A stretch of DNA of 64,000 bases. It comes from Camelus ferus (taxonomy: Eukaryota). Shown piece after piece: positions 1 through 13,372 of this stretch (position 1 is the stretch's first letter; each line of letters begins with the position of its first letter). A model generated the notes under the pieces. That model worked only from the letters and a program-made list of their open reading frames with translations. It did not search any database and had not been told where the DNA came from. The DNA is taken from assembly GCF_009834535.1 (NCBI RefSeq), contig NC_045696.1:103294001-103358000 (forward strand). The letters run 5' to 3'. The position numbers and the translations under genes are program-made.

Positions 1-1329
1 TGACAAGAGATCATGGCAGATGGTGAGGTCACTAAGATTGACTTTTTGAGCTTGACATAATGTGTTCATGAAGCTGGAAGAAGAAATCCGACTTATTTTT
101 TTAACCAACAGAAGAGCATGGTGACAGGAAGAAGTGTGCAATTGTTGAGTCTGGATGAAACATAAATGCATCAGTGCACATGACTGGTTTGTCTCTGAGA
201 ACCACCACTACTGCCAAAGACGGCAGTTTCTGGAAACATTTGGTGCAATGTTTATTTACTTTCTAGACACTTGGTTGAAGTCATATAAATCTAAATGATT
301 TTTAGATTAAAGGCAGTGAAAAAGAGAGATGAAAGGCTTAAAAATACTTAGGCATGTATATTTTTTAATTAAAAGGTTATAAGCTGTCACTCAGTACAGG
401 TTACTTCTTGATTTTGAATTGAATGAAGGAGATCTCTAGCACAATCCCATTTCTTTTTATAGCATTTATCTTAATGTAATTTTATACAATTTAAGTTACA
501 CTTAAAGGTTTATGCTTACTATTTCTCTCATCTCCTAGGAGGTCTCCAGTGTCTACATTGGTATTTTGCCCATAGTGGATGTTCAGTAAATGCTGGATGA
601 ATAAATTAATGAAGTTAATTGCCTACTCTTGTTAATTTTAGACTTTTTCTTAACCACAACTAAACATTTTTTTTCCTGCTTTAAAATTGGATTTATGTTG
701 TGGTTCTTAGCACTTCTACTATATGTGAATTATGTATTATTTGTTTTGGAGGAAGAAACCTTAATTTGTCATGAGAGGTCAGTGAACCACTTTTTCCCTT
801 AACATTGATTGAGTACTTTACCTTTTGCAAGGCAGTGTCCTAATTATTTTTCAGTTCTTGACTCATTTAATTAAGTAGGTGTACCATTACTATTTTGCAG
901 ATGAAGTAAATGAGGCGCAGAGATGTTAATGTAAATTTGCTCAAGACATTCATGCACTTTGGCTCTATTTCAAACATTTATTATTTAGGTAACATTTAGA
1001 GGTTGCAGTTTATGCTTATGTCTGGTGAGAAGATGCAAAGAGGGTACTAAACAAAATGTTTTGCCTTATCGAGCTCAGTTTTGTGGCTAAGAAGTATTTT
1101 TACTGGTGGCTTCTTGTTACAGTGTGTTGAAAAAGTAACGCCCTGTTTATTTCTTTTTATTTGCGTGATTAGCAGTGCTATGCAATAGCCCACCCCTTAG
1201 GAAATATAACCCCATATTGAATGCTGATTATAATATTGAAGCAGATGCATGGAGACAAGGAGCTCTGGCCATTACAACCACATTCTGGAAATGAAGAAAC
1301 AGGGAATGGGGTGGAAAGGGCATTTGCTT

Positions 1330-1515
1330 GCTGAATCTGGTAGCCCAGCCCAACAATGTCTGCTTATATTTCATTGGCTGGAATTATGTCATGGTCAAGT
1401 CATCTGAGAGAGAGACTGAGAATGTAGCATTTTCAGTTGGGCACATTGCCATCTTCACCTTCTCCTAAAGAAGAAGAGGAAAATGATCCTGGGTGGGTAA
1501 CAGGATCTGCCATAG
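1330..1515 (-). mobile_element. MaLR LTR fragment (MLT1J/K-like)
   Basis: tcattggctggaattatgtcatgg…gagactgagaatgtagc…gttgggcacattgcc. Confidence 0.55.
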
Positions 1516-1992
1516 GTAGATAGAAGAGGTTTTCTAAAATTTAACAAGTACTTTGGATAGAAAAGACTTCATTGTTTTTTGTTATAACTGTATTTCAGTA
1601 GGTCATAAGGCAATCTAAAAATATTTACAATTGAGTTTTTTCATGGTTTGGAGTGTTCAGTGTTCATGTGTAAATTGGTGGGCATTTGTTACATTGACTT
1701 GGGATCTGATGCTTTTCACTTCGACACAGCGCCTGATTTACTCCTACCATAACCCTGAAAAACTCTACGTATCTATTTTCCCAATGAGGACACTGAAGCC
1801 CAGAGAGGTTAAATCACTTGTTCAAGGTCACACAGCTAATAAGCGTCAGAGCTGAGACAGTCTAAATTAAAAAAAAAAAAAAAATCCAGGCTGTCTCCAC
1901 GTTGCTACACTGCTGCTTTACTTGCAGATGTCCACTTGCAGCAGGACACTTAGAACCAGCTGTTATTTTGATTTTTTTCTATTTCATTAATT

Positions 1993-2132
1993 CTTTTTTT
2001 TTCTTTTTGGGGAGAGATAATTAGATTTATTATTTTTTTATCTGTTTATTTTTTAATGGAGGTACTGGGGGTTGAATGCAGAACCTTGTTCATGCTAAGC
2101 AGACACTCTACCACTGAGCTTTAACTTACCCC
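1993..2132 (-). mobile_element. tRNA-derived SINE (camelid Vic-1-like)
   Basis: Antisense A/B-box head (…ctctaccactgagct…, …gggggttgaa…) and T-rich tail. 16-bp TSD TTCTATTTCATTAATT at 1977-1992 and 2133-2148. Confidence 0.88.
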
Positions 2133-2198
2133 TTCTATTTCATTAATTTTTGCTCTTTGTTTCTTTTCTTCTTTCTTCGAGTCCTTACTGATCTTTTT

Positions 2199-2573
2199 TT
2201 TAAACATAATTTAATTTATTTTTATATATTCATTTATTTTAAATTGTACATTTTTGTTAACTGATTTTAATTTTTTCATTTTTTTAAATTGAAGTCTAGT
2301 TGATTTCCAGGATATTAGTTTCAGGTGCACAGTATAGTGATTCACTTACACATATACGTATATATTCTTTTTCAGATTCTTTTCCATTATAGGTTATTAC
2401 AAGATATTGAATATAATTCCCTGTGCTATACAGTAGGACCTTATTGTTTATCGGTTTTATATATAGTAGTGTGTAATAGTTAATCCCAAACTCCTCCTTT
2501 ATTCCTCCCCCACTTTCCTCTTTGGTAACCATAGTTTGTTTTCCACGTCTGTGAGTCTATATCTTGTTTCTCG
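2199..2573 (-). mobile_element. 5'-truncated L1 3'UTR (artiodactyl-type)
   Basis: ttgaagtctagttgatt…ataggttattacaagatattgaatataattccctgtgctatacagtaggacc. TSD CTGATCTTTTT at 2188-2198 and 2574-2584. Confidence 0.85.
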
Positions 2574-3444
2574 CTGATCTTTTTAAGCTTTTAAGTTGGT
2601 CACTTAATGAATGGAAAGAAGTGTAAATTTACTTCTAAGTGCTAATTTAGCTATGCTTTACAGTTTTTATTATTTTCATTGTCATTCAGCTCTAAATGTT
2701 TCGAATTTCCTTTTGTTCCTAGGTTACTTGAGCAATAATATAGTTTTACTTTCTAAATATATGACTTCTTGAAAAATAACTGATTCCTAATTTAATTGCA
2801 TTGTGGCCACAGACCATAACCTGCATGATGTTGTCTCTTTGCAATTTGCTACTACTCTCCTGGTGACTTTGTATGTGGAGAAATTTTGTAAATACGTGTT
2901 TAAAGAGATGCTTTATATCTGTTAGGTACATAGTTTTATGTAGATCTGTTAAATCAAGCTTGCTTAAATAATTTATCTTCAAAATGAAATACATATATTT
3001 TAGCCTTAAATTCTTGGTTTGAATATGGTAGGTAGTTTGGTGAATGGAATATCAGGAACTTATGCTTCATTATTTATCTCATGTTTGTGACTCTGAAGAA
3101 GACGTAACAGATAATTGATAAACGTGAAGCAGCTTCAGTGTAGGAACATGATTTTCATATCAGGTCATGACAGACGTGAACAGATCTGCAGCTACAGTGG
3201 GAAAGCAAAAGTCACAGTTGTAGTTCAGATCTTACTTGGCTTTTTAAATATATGTTTTCTTTATCATTGAAAATTACACTGTTTTATTGAAAAGTAGAAA
3301 TGTTCCCCCCCCCTCCCTTTTACTCATAGATTCAAATTCTAGAATATAAGGCATATTTGGAGCCTCCATCTCTTCAGGCTCTCATTATTTATGGTCTTTT
3401 TGAAGTTAAGTTTTATTTTATCCTTCTCCTTGAATGTCTTATTA

Positions 3445-4670
3445 AAATTTTAATTTTGAAATAATTTTAAAATAAGAGAAAAGTTGCAGAAATAGGGCAA
3501 AGATTTCCTGAATAGCCTTTACCCAGATTCACCAATTGTCACCATTTTGCCAGACATGCTTCCCCTTTCTCTATAGATACGTATTATATATTTTTTGTCA
3601 TTTGAAAGTAAGTTTCTGCTGTCACACCCTTTGACTCCTAAATATTTTGGTATATTTTTTTCTAAGAACAAGGACATTCACTTAAAAAAAGAACATGATC
3701 CTCTGATCAAAAGCAGGAAATGTAACAGTACAGTTATCCAGTCTGGGGACCATATTTTGATTTCTCCAATTGCCCCAATAATGGTCTTCATAGCAATTAT
3801 TTTTTGTGGTCCAGATTCCAGTCCAGGATTATGCATTGAATTGATTTCAAATGTGACTTTAGTCTTTTTAAATCTGAACCATTTCTTAAGCTTCCTCTCT
3901 CTTTCATGATACTAATATTCTTTAAGAGTTCAGGCCATTATTTTGTGGAGTGTCCCTCAACTTGAATTTTTTTTATTATTTCTGCATGATTAGATTTAGA
4001 TTATGCATTTTGGGAAGTACCTCAGGAGTGAGACTGTATCCATCTCAGAGCGCTTGAGGAGATGCATAGTGTTGGTTTGTCCCGTTGTGGGTGGTCATTT
4101 GTAGCTTTAATCACTTTGGCTAAAGTGGGATGTGCCAGGTTTCTTCACTATAAAATTCGAATTAATAGGTATTTAGTGGGGAGATAATTCAGGACTTTGT
4201 AAATACCCTTTTTCTCATCAACTTTCATCTACTAATTTTTGCATCTTTTGATGATTCTTGTCTAACCCGTTAATATCACAATGTTTATAAAGTCATGGTT
4301 TTCTACCTGCTTTATTTCTTTATATATGTAAGTTGTCATTGCATTATAAAGAAGAGCTTTCTCTTCTTTCTTATTATTTGTTTCGATCAGTATGAATTCC
4401 TGGATTATTTTATTCAGTGGGTTTAGAGTCTGTTAGTGTCTGTTGTTATCAGTATATACTTTGGTGCTCAATTGCCCCTTTAAGTTGGCTTAACTTGTCC
4501 CTCTGAGTTGTAGGCCCGTTAATCTGGCTCTTGTGGACTTTTGATATGTCGCCATCATTTTTTTAGCCCTTCTTTACTTTAGGTACAAGAAAATGTTTTA
4601 GCTTTATCTTGTATGTTTCCTGCCCCAGTGCTGGAATTGGCTGTTTCTCCAAGAAGCCCTGGTGCTACTT
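3445..4670 (-). mobile_element. Old L1 3' end (L1MC/L1ME-like)
   Basis: ttttgaaataatttt…gaaaagttgcaga…cccagattcaccaattgt and the distal gctgtttctccaagaagccctgg motif. Confidence 0.7.
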
Positions 4671-4954
4671 TCAATGGATTATGTACAACAGCATAGTTTA
4701 ATATTTCAAAGTCCAGACTCTATCACTTCTTAGCTGAGTTGATTTGCTCAAAATATTTAGCATCTCTAAATCCCAATTTTTATCTGGAAAATAACAATTA
4801 AAATGGTACATAATTCATAGTGTTGTTGTGAAGATTAATTTAGATAATTTACTTAATGATGCATTTCACAGTAAATATGATGGAAACGTTGCTTATTAGT
4901 ATTATTAATATTATTATTATTACATTACTATTTCCTTTTTTCTCCCTTTGACAG

Positions 4955-5060
4955 GACGTTCTTTTAAAGAATTATTGAAGACGAAGTTTTTTTGTTTTTT
5001 TGTTTTTTGCTCTTTGTTTTTTAATGGCTTTACAGAATTTTAAATTGAATACAGTTTGAC
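4955..5060 (+). other. TFDP2: TFDP2 5'UTR part of the start-codon exon
   Basis: A polypyrimidine tract and acceptor (tttccttttttctccctttgacag|GACGTT, AG at 4953-4954) lead without a break into the ATG at 5061. Confidence 0.8.
5024..5059 (+). other. uORF MALQNFKLNTV* in the TFDP2 5'UTR
   Basis: ATG at 5024 (ttaATGG) reads open to TGA at 5057-5059, one base before the main ATG at 5061. Confidence 0.6.
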
Positions 5061-5075
5061 ATGACGGCAAAAAAT
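5061..5075 (+). CDS. TFDP2: TFDP2 first coding segment (MTAKN)
   Basis: ATG ACG GCA AAA AAT is followed by the donor GTAAGT at 5076 (phase 0). It joins the next exon to give MTAKNVGLTSTNAE..., the known DP-2 N-terminus. Confidence 0.93.
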
Positions 5076-5739
5076 GTAAGTATTTGTACATTTTTACATG
5101 TAAGTATTTAAAAAATGAGTTGTACTTTTTCCTACACATATTTCCTTTCACCGTTCTGATTAATCAAATTCAGTTTACTGACATTGATTTATCATTGTTT
5201 TTGTTTCTGTAAAGAACAAGGTAGTAAACTCTAATGCTATTGAATGCCCAGCTCTCACCTGCATGGTAGCATTCTTGTAAGTTGCTGCCAGGTTGCTCCA
5301 TCTCCACAGCTGCAAAACTGCCAGTCTCCAGAAAGTTTCCCACCCCTTCCTGTTCTGGGGACTGTAATAAGTTTGTTTGGATGCTTTCTGAACAGTTACT
5401 TGGCCTTATTGAGAGAAATCGTTTTCTTTGGCTCGATTTTTTTTCTTTTGAATTTACTCTTAGAAATGTCTGTACTCAGACATTGTTCAGAAGAATCTTG
5501 CTATCCTTCCTGAGATGATTCCTGGGGGAACATTAGACTTCAGATATTTTGGAGAAATTATTCATTTTTTTCTTCTGCTCAAGACTGTTGTTTCTGAATC
5601 TGCTTGCTTTCAAGTTAACACTCTTGTCACCTTGTACCCGTGGATTTGTTTCCAGCTGCGGTGAAGGATTATGCCATGGAGAAAGTAAATACTGCAACAT
5701 ACAGGGGAATGACTTATTGTAATTGCCTTACTGTTCCTA

Positions 5740-6200
5740 GGTTATTATGTTGCAATGTTTGTTTGCAGGTAACAGAAACCAGTTTAGGCTACCTTAAAAG
5801 GGAATTTTTATAAGGATACAGGGATTTTTCAAAGGAGTCAAGAGCGGGAATTTAGCAGGCCCTCATAAAGATCCGGGTCCAGAAACTTGAAATCTACCAG
5901 GAATCGAAGTGGGAATTTGATATCCATTTGTCATCTCTGTTTGTTTCTGTGCATCTGCTTTGTTACTTGCTGTTTCTCCACAAATCATCTTCCTCAGCAT
6001 CTTAAGCTCCGTGGTACAGTACCAGCCTGCTCAGAGAGGGAGAGAGGTGCAAAGGAAGGGATGGGGCCGCCTGACAAATCCTGTCTGCCAGTGTCAGCAG
6101 CTAATTTCAAACTCCTCCTTAGGAAGGACCTCTGGCCCATGCTCTAGTTTCACTCATATCCAATAGTGGTTTGGTTAGTTGTGACCAGAGGCAAGCGTTA
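5740..6200 (-). mobile_element. MaLR LTR fragment (MLT1-like)
   Basis: gtttgcaggtaacagaaaccagtttaggctaccttaaaagggaattttta is a typical MLT1 terminus. Confidence 0.5.
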
Positions 6201-7029
6201 CATTGTGAGCCAGACAGGTAGTTCCAGATATGACCCCATTATACATCTAAAGAAGAGCATTACAAAAAAACACCCTGATTACTTATCTCTATCTTTTCAT
6301 TAGTGACCTTGCTTTTAACCTAGTGCTAGTATCAATAAGCAGGTACAGATTTTGCTTCATTATCGTTTAATTAATTTTGTTAGGATAAATTATCAGTAGT
6401 GGTCTACTTCAGTCCGTTGCTCTTGTTAAAGTGCTGTTTGGGAAAAAGAAGAAGGAAAGTTTTAATCTGTGTATTGGGAATTTTCTTGTAGGATATTATA
6501 ATGGTTTTTAGAAAAAAGAGAACATAAAAGTTATCCTGAACAACAAGATAGTGAACATTCCAGTAGCGAGTATATTTTGGCTTAAAATGGACCTGGAATC
6601 AACCTTAACCTTCCTAGCCATATGCACAGTTTGCTATATTCAAAGTTGTTTCCCTAAAGCAACAGAAAGCATTTGAACCAGTGGTAACAGTGCTCCCATT
6701 ATTTTGTTTGTATATTTGGGAGAAATCACACAGCATGCAGTTCGTTTCTCCTTCTGCTACAGGAGCCTGGGGGATAGGGATGCTTGATGAGCTGACCCTC
6801 TTCTGATGCCCTGGAGCCGGGGACGCAGAGAGGTCAGGTCTCAGAGTGGGCTGAAGCATGTGGGCAGAATCGAAATAGGCTGTCTGAATAGCCAGTCATG
6901 TTCACAGGCCGTTTTGCAGTAGATAAGACCATTTTCGTGGCTTTTAGTGTATTTTGTCAAGATACTTACTGGAATGATTATACCAGTTTAGAATGCCACG
7001 AGCAGTTCATTCTCATCTCTCCCCTCCTC

Positions 7030-8260
7030 CTTTCTCCAACAAATATGTGTCTGACACCGTTATGCTCCTGCCTTCTTGGGGTTTAGAGTGTAGACAGAGA
7101 AGATGGTAAATACATAGATAATGTTTGGCAATGATAAATGTTACAAAGAAAAATAAAACAGGAGAGAGAGTGGTAGTCGTGAGGGAGAGCTCTTTCAACT
7201 AGGTGTTCAGGAGAGTCCTCTTTCAAGAAATGACGTTTAGACAGAGAAATGCTCTTAAGGTCACAGTCCAAGAGGAAGGTGCCAGCCATTGTGAATATCT
7301 GGGGAAGAGCATTCCAGTTGGAGGCAAGAGAAACTGTGGTTGTTCGAAGAACAGCAGAATGACCCGTTGGTAGATGGAACTAAGCAAGGGAGAGTAGGAG
7401 GAGGAGAGAAGAAGTCAGGAACAGAGCAGGAGCTAGATCATGGGGTGTGTGGGGGGATGGGGAGTGGGGGGGAGGGGAGTGGTATATATTTTAAATGTCA
7501 GTGGGGGAGCTGTTGGAGGTGTTGAGGATGGTTGTGTGACCTGACTTAGCATTTTAAGAAGTTTGTTCTGGCTGCTGAGTAAGGAGACTGAAGGGGACAT
7601 GGTAGTAGGGGAGACTCATTTGGTCCTTATCCCAATAGTTTGGACAGCAGAGCTTGGTGACTTGGCCTGGGGTCATGATACTGGAGATGCGGAAAAGTGA
7701 CTGGATCTAGGATGTATTTGAAGGGACGGCCACCAGGACTGATTGAGTAATTAGGCTATGGGGACAGGGAGAAGTTAAAGATTTCTCAGCATTTGGCTTG
7801 TGTAAGTGAGTAAGCAGCTTTGTGGTTTAATGAGAAGAGGAACTCTTGGGGAAGTGCAGGATTTTGTGGCAAACTCAGAAATTGTTTTGAACATATTGAA
7901 GTTGAGGGATCTGAAAACATCCAAATGGAGATATTGGCCAGGCAGTTAATATAATGAGAAATAAGTGACTCTGGAGCTCAGAGGAAAGCTTGGGGCCAGA
8001 TACAGAAATTTTGGAATCATTTCATATTAAATTATTGTAAAGCAGTGGGACTGCCTGAGGTTATATAGGCCCTATGTGGCTAGAGGATACATGAGGACCA
8101 AAATCTGAAAGCTCTCCCATCAACTGGGGAGGAGGGGAGGCAGCAAAGGAGGCTGAAGGAATGGATGAAAGGAAGTCAAGAGCATGACCCTGATGGTGTG
8201 GAAGCCAAATGAAGAAAGTGTTTCAAGAAGGAGGGAGCAATAATTGTGTCACACAGCTTT
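7030..8260 (-). mobile_element. L2 LINE fragment
   Basis: Purine-rich antisense L2 motifs: ggggaagagcattccag, ctggctgctg, ggatctaggatgtattt, gttttgaacatattgaagttgag, gaagccaaatgaagaaagtgtttcaagaaggaggga. Confidence 0.8.
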
Positions 8261-8281
8261 GGACGATATTGCCCAGGTCTT

Positions 8282-8438
8282 TTTGTTTTAAAGTGTTTTC
8301 TTTTCTTTTTTTGGGGGGGAGGGGGTGGGCAGTTTATTAGGTTTATTTATTTATTCTTAGAGGAGGTACTGGGGATCAAACCTCGGGCTTCATGCGTGCT
8401 AAGCATGTGCTCTACCATTTGAGCTATACCCTCCCCCC
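8282..8438 (-). mobile_element. tRNA-derived SINE (Vic-1-like)
   Basis: ggaggtactggggatcaaacc…gctaagcatgtgctctaccatttgagctataccctcccc. TSD gcc(c/t)aggtctt at 8271-8281 and 8439-8449. Confidence 0.88.
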
Positions 8439-8579
8439 GCCTAGGTCTTATGGAGGTGTTATTACATGTACGTTCAGGTATGTACATCTTTATTTTCTGT
8501 TCTCCTTTTGCATTCTTGCAATCTTACAAGAACAGTTTTTTTTTTTTTGTGAAGAGTCACTTTTACCTTATCACAGCCA

Positions 8580-9030
8580 TTCCAGGTCTCTTATGGTTGC
8601 AGGTGTTAGAAACCTCATTCAAAATAGCTGAAGGCAAGAAATGGAATGTTGTGATTGACATGACTGAAAGTCTGGAGTACTCGGCTTCAAATACAGCTGG
8701 ATGCAGGGGATCGAGTGGTGGGCATCAGGGCTCTGTGTCCCTTTTTCGGTCTCTTGGCTCTATCTGGTGGCATAGTAGCCTACACTGGTCTCATAATGCT
8801 TATCTCAGAAGAAGAGAGGGAACTTTCTTAGCATTTATATTTCAAATTCAATGGAGGAACTTTGGTTGACCCTGCTTGGCCCACAGGCTTTGACAAATCA
8901 TTGTAGAGGAGGAAGTGGGGTACCATAAGTGGTTTGCTGCTTTACTCTGTGTTGTGGGTCCACTTCTGCTGCTGTAGAGGCTCTAAGATGAACAGTCCGC
9001 CCAGAACTGCAGGGATTGTGGGATGGATCA
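8580..9030 (-). mobile_element. MaLR LTR (MLT1K-like)
   Basis: ggttgcaggtgttagaaacctcattcaaaatagctgaaggcaag…ggcttcaaatacagctggatgcagggg. Confidence 0.6.
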
Positions 9031-9490
9031 TTTTGCAAAAGTAAGTTCTGCAGAGCTGGCAATATATTCATTGTGTCTGGGATAAAATTGTTGTCAAGTA
9101 GTATCTAGTATCCAGTGATACTCTTCCAGACCAAAAATGCAGGTGTGTTTTAACTTACTCACTCAGTATACAATAGAGAATTTGAAAGATAATTTGAGGT
9201 ATAACTTTTTGTCTTGCCAAAGAATCTTTTAAAAATATGTAAGCCATAAAATAGTCCTTACAGAAAAATGAGAAAATACAGACAAACAAAAGAAACCAGT
9301 TTAGAGATTATCAGTAAAATTCTGCCTATGAAGCCATCTGGTATTACACAAATGTTTATACATAAAAACCAAAATCTATGTATGTTATATGTTTTTTAAT
9401 AAAAATGAGGCCAAGCCTGTTTGTAACCTACTAGCTTAATCTCTATGATGAATGTCTTTTCTTGTCTTGATAGCTCTTCAACATCATTTT

Positions 9491-9646
9491 ATTTATTTAT
9501 TTATTTTTATTTTATTTTTTGTTGAGTGGGGAGGCAATTAGGTTAACTTATTTATTTATTTGTTTTTAGGAGAGGTTCTGGGGATTGAACCCATCACCTC
9601 ATGCATGCTAAGCATGTGCTCTACCCCTTGAGCTATACCCTCCCCA
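9491..9646 (-). mobile_element. tRNA-derived SINE (Vic-1-like)
   Basis: Same core sequence. 15-bp TSD CTTCAACATCATTTT at 9476-9490 and 9647-9661. Confidence 0.9.
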
Positions 9647-12009
9647 CTTCAACATCATTTTAAATGGCTCTTTTATGTTATCTATTATATGGACATTACA
9701 CCAGTTTCCTAAGTTAAGTTATTTCCATTTTTTTAACTTTTTCTCTATTTTTGCTTACCTGTTGGATTATTTAAATGAAGCAAAATTCTTAGGAAACTAC
9801 TGGCACAAGGGACGTGTATTTTTCAAGGACTTTTGATTCATATTGGTAAATTGCATTTCAGAAAGATTGCACCAATTTATATATTCACCTTTGGTGTATA
9901 AGAGTACCATTTCCCTTTATTTTCTCTTTAATCTTTGTCAATCTAATCAGCAAAAAAATGGCATGTAATTTACTACATTTCGCTGATTGCTAGTTAGGTC
10001 AGACTGGTATTCTATATGTCTATTGGTCATTTGTGCTTCTCTTCTATGAATTGTTTATATCAGTGTTGAAGTATTAAAGCCATTCCCATTTGAATAACAG
10101 CCCACACTTGAATATTGCTTTGCCATTAATGAACATGTTCACGTAATTATGTAATTTGATCTAAAGGGCTGAGTTTGTCGTACTCATATGTACTGTTGTC
10201 CCCACTTTACAGTGACTGTTTCAAGATCACGTTACTCGTGAATGAATGGTAGAGCTGAACTTTGAGCACAGATCGTCTCACTTTGAATCCTGTTTTCTTT
10301 CAGTTAATATCAGTCTGAAATGTTAAATATCAGTGAAATTATAGTGCCGTTATTGGGGAGTATGGTTTCTTAACATTTGGGCTTTGGATATTTTTTATTC
10401 AGTAGATATTTAATGACAGCTTGTAGTATGCAACATAGTGTTTGAATATTCAGATAGAAAAGTTTTCTCAGGATCTTATTAGATGAAAAATTTTGTGTAA
10501 AATGAGTTTACTTTTTTCCTCTTGATCTGTGAAACGTAGAAATATCCTTTTTAAATAGAATAAGGAAAGAAGAGATAATATTCTAAATGCTTTTCCTAGT
10601 CAACTTTTTCTATTCTCAAATAATCTACTTTTTCTTTGAAACTTTTAAACTATACAGTGTTTATGAAAGCAGAAATTCATACATTTTTGAAGTTTTAATT
10701 AAATTTCGGTAATATTTAAGCTATAAATACAAACATCTCCCCTCCATCTATGAGACTGAAATTACAGCATTATTGGTTCACAATTGACCATTATCCTCTT
10801 AGTGTATAATCTGTTGGTTATTAAGGTGCAGGTGTACAGCTACTTAGGAAGTTTCTGAATTCGTTTGCTACTTCACTCTGCAGAAGTTGGACTGTAAAAG
10901 CAGGTGTTTAAATGTAACAGTAATCCGGTAACTGTGAACTCTCGACTGTGAATATGTGGTTTTAGTTGCGGTTTTTGCCGTTGTCTTTGTATCATAACAA
11001 AGGGATATAAACGGATGCTTTTGAAGTTATTGTAATTCATGTATTTCATGATCACATTGTATTAAGCAGGGGATATATTAAAAGCTGTCTTTGCCTTCTT
11101 TGCTTTCTTTTTTCAGTAGAACACCAACAAAAATTTCGCCTTCCTCTTCTTTTTATAGGAGAAGAGCTTTAAAAGGGGAGGCATGTTAGTGATGCCACAA
11201 AAAACTCTTGGCATTTACAAACTGAACACTTAACAGTATTTGTGAGCAACTCTGGAGATCCATGAGTGATGATTTGTTGGAAATTTTGTTGCAAAAGGTT
11301 TACTTTACTTCTAACATATTACTTATAAGAAACTAGACAGGATTAAGGATCTGCACCATTATCTACATAGAATTAGGAAGCCATTTTTTTGTTGCCTTTG
11401 TCTCAGCCACTGCGATAAAAATTTAATATTAGGTGCTAGAGATTCATTTGCATCAGAATTACTTTTCTATGATATAAACAATATTTAGAAGTACTTCTGG
11501 TAGCATCTCTTGACAAAAGGAAATAGGTATTAGTAGAAATTTGAGTTACCAAATAATGAAATAGGTAGCTCTTATAAAGTATCAATTGAGTGGTTTTGAA
11601 GGGTATATAATGTTAAAGCAATGGATAGTTTAAAGACATAAAGCAAGTACATAAATAGAAACTTACAGAGCATTATGAGCCTGGAAATCCTTTCAATGTG
11701 ATAGTACTTTGAAAGAATGTTTGAGGTACCGAATTAGCATTGATATTCAAGATTACAAATCTGTAAGGATTAAAGCAGCAATATAGTAGTAGTAGTAGAA
11801 CCATTAACTGGATACTTTTTTGTGACAAATTTTCAAAAATGATGGGTTTTCCCCTGCTGGCTCTTTAATAAAAATTTAAAACTCCATTTGGTGGTCCTAC
11901 ACTGCAGTTCTATGATTTCAAGTTGTCCAGTGGACATCACATTGAAAGAAATAAATTATTTAAAGGAGAATTTATAAACACACTTGCTGTACCAAGTATC
12001 AGATAAACA

Positions 12010-12260
12010 GTAATGAGTGTTAACATGGATTGAGCAATTTGTGCCCAGCACTGTGCTTTATATGAATTATCTTTCTTAGTCTTTCTAACAAACTGAATTG
12101 GTGAGTACCTCTAGCATCCTCTAATTTATAGATGAGGAGATCGAGGTATAGAGAGCGTGTGTGACTTGGCCACGTCCAGGCACATTGTAGGCTTGATGAG
12201 CTGGAGTACGAACCTATGCAGTTGGACTTGAAGCCAGTGGACCTCACCTCTGCGTTGTGA
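12010..12260 (-). mobile_element. MIR SINE
   Basis: atagatgaggagatcgaggtatagagag…gtgacttggccacgtc is the MIR core. Confidence 0.7.
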
Positions 12261-12694
12261 TAGTAATGGTCTTTATTTGATCCTTATGTGTCGTAATGTT
12301 GAAAAGCATTACAGGCAGTGATGCTGAACAGTAAAACTTAAGGGCAGCAGTGAGGGTGGAATTTTGGTCTATCTATCGGCAATTGCATGGCTCCCACATT
12401 ACTTGCTTTCAAATAACCATCAGTAAAATCTGTAGATTTCATTTCTGCTCATAAGTAACATTATTTCATTAATTTTTGTCTTAATCTGGATAATTCATAT
12501 TTTTCCCACTTCAAGCAATATAGCAACATTTCCTTTTTAATCTTATTCCTATAGTTGAAATAATTAACTCATCTTTATGTGGCTACGTATAATATATGAT
12601 ATGGACCTCTGGTGGAAGGTTATTAATAATAGCTTATTAAGTGATCATATAACATTAAGATCCTATTTTTAATTTTTTAAACTATTTTATTCAG

Positions 12695-12761
12695 GTTGGT
12701 TTGACTTCCACAAATGCAGAACTAAGAGGATTTATAGATCAGAATCTCAGTCCAACAAAAG
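12695..12761 (+). CDS. TFDP2: TFDP2 67-nt coding exon (VGLTSTNAELRGFIDQNLSPTK + first base of G)
   Basis: Acceptor ttttattcag|GTTGGT and donor AAG|GTAAGG. The translation matches mammalian TFDP2 residues 6-28 as I recall them (human VGLTSTNAEVRGFIDQNLSPTKG). The exon ends in phase 1. Confidence 0.95.
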
Positions 12762-12998
12762 GTAAGGACAGTTGAATAAAAATTTTTTGTATTGAGCTAG
12801 TTTTATTGCATTTGTTTTCTAAAATAAGCAACCACATTAATTACTTTATGTATAATAATAATTATGTAATACTGTTGTGTTGTGCTACATAATACCATAA
12901 CTTAATCTTACCAAGTTATGTGTTACCATATACCAAATAACTTGTATCATGTAAAAGCCAGCTACTCTGAGAGATGGAGACAGAAGGAGAGAGCGTGT

Positions 12999-13002
<4 letters not shown>

Positions 13003-13032
<30 letters not shown>
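13003..13032. repeat. (TG)15 microsatellite
   Basis: Read directly, about 240 nt downstream of the 67-nt exon. Confidence 0.95.
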
Positions 13033-13035
<3 letters not shown>

Positions 13036-13372
13036 TACTTTATTCCATTCTTTCCTAAGAGATCTTTAAGACCATCCTTGATTGATGATCATGTTACAAT
13101 TGAAACTGACTGTTCAAGTGACTTCTTGATTTTTTGGTTTGAGAGCCTTGCTTCCTAGTGGGTTAACAGTAGAATGAATGAATATATATGTAATTCCTTT
13201 GTCTAATATGTGGTTTACTGGGGAAATGCTTATATCAGAAATCTGATCCATCAGTATAGGAGCTTATGCAGGACACTGCCATTATTTTGCAATATGTATC
13301 TTTCAACGGTATCTTTTAGTATGTAGAAAAAACATACTGAAATCTTTATGGTTAAAATGATACGATGTTTTT

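Noticed and set aside
7442..7480. G-rich run as a regulatory G-quadruplex
   Set aside because: The motif is present but appears to be a low-complexity expansion inside an L2 fossil, far from splice sites.
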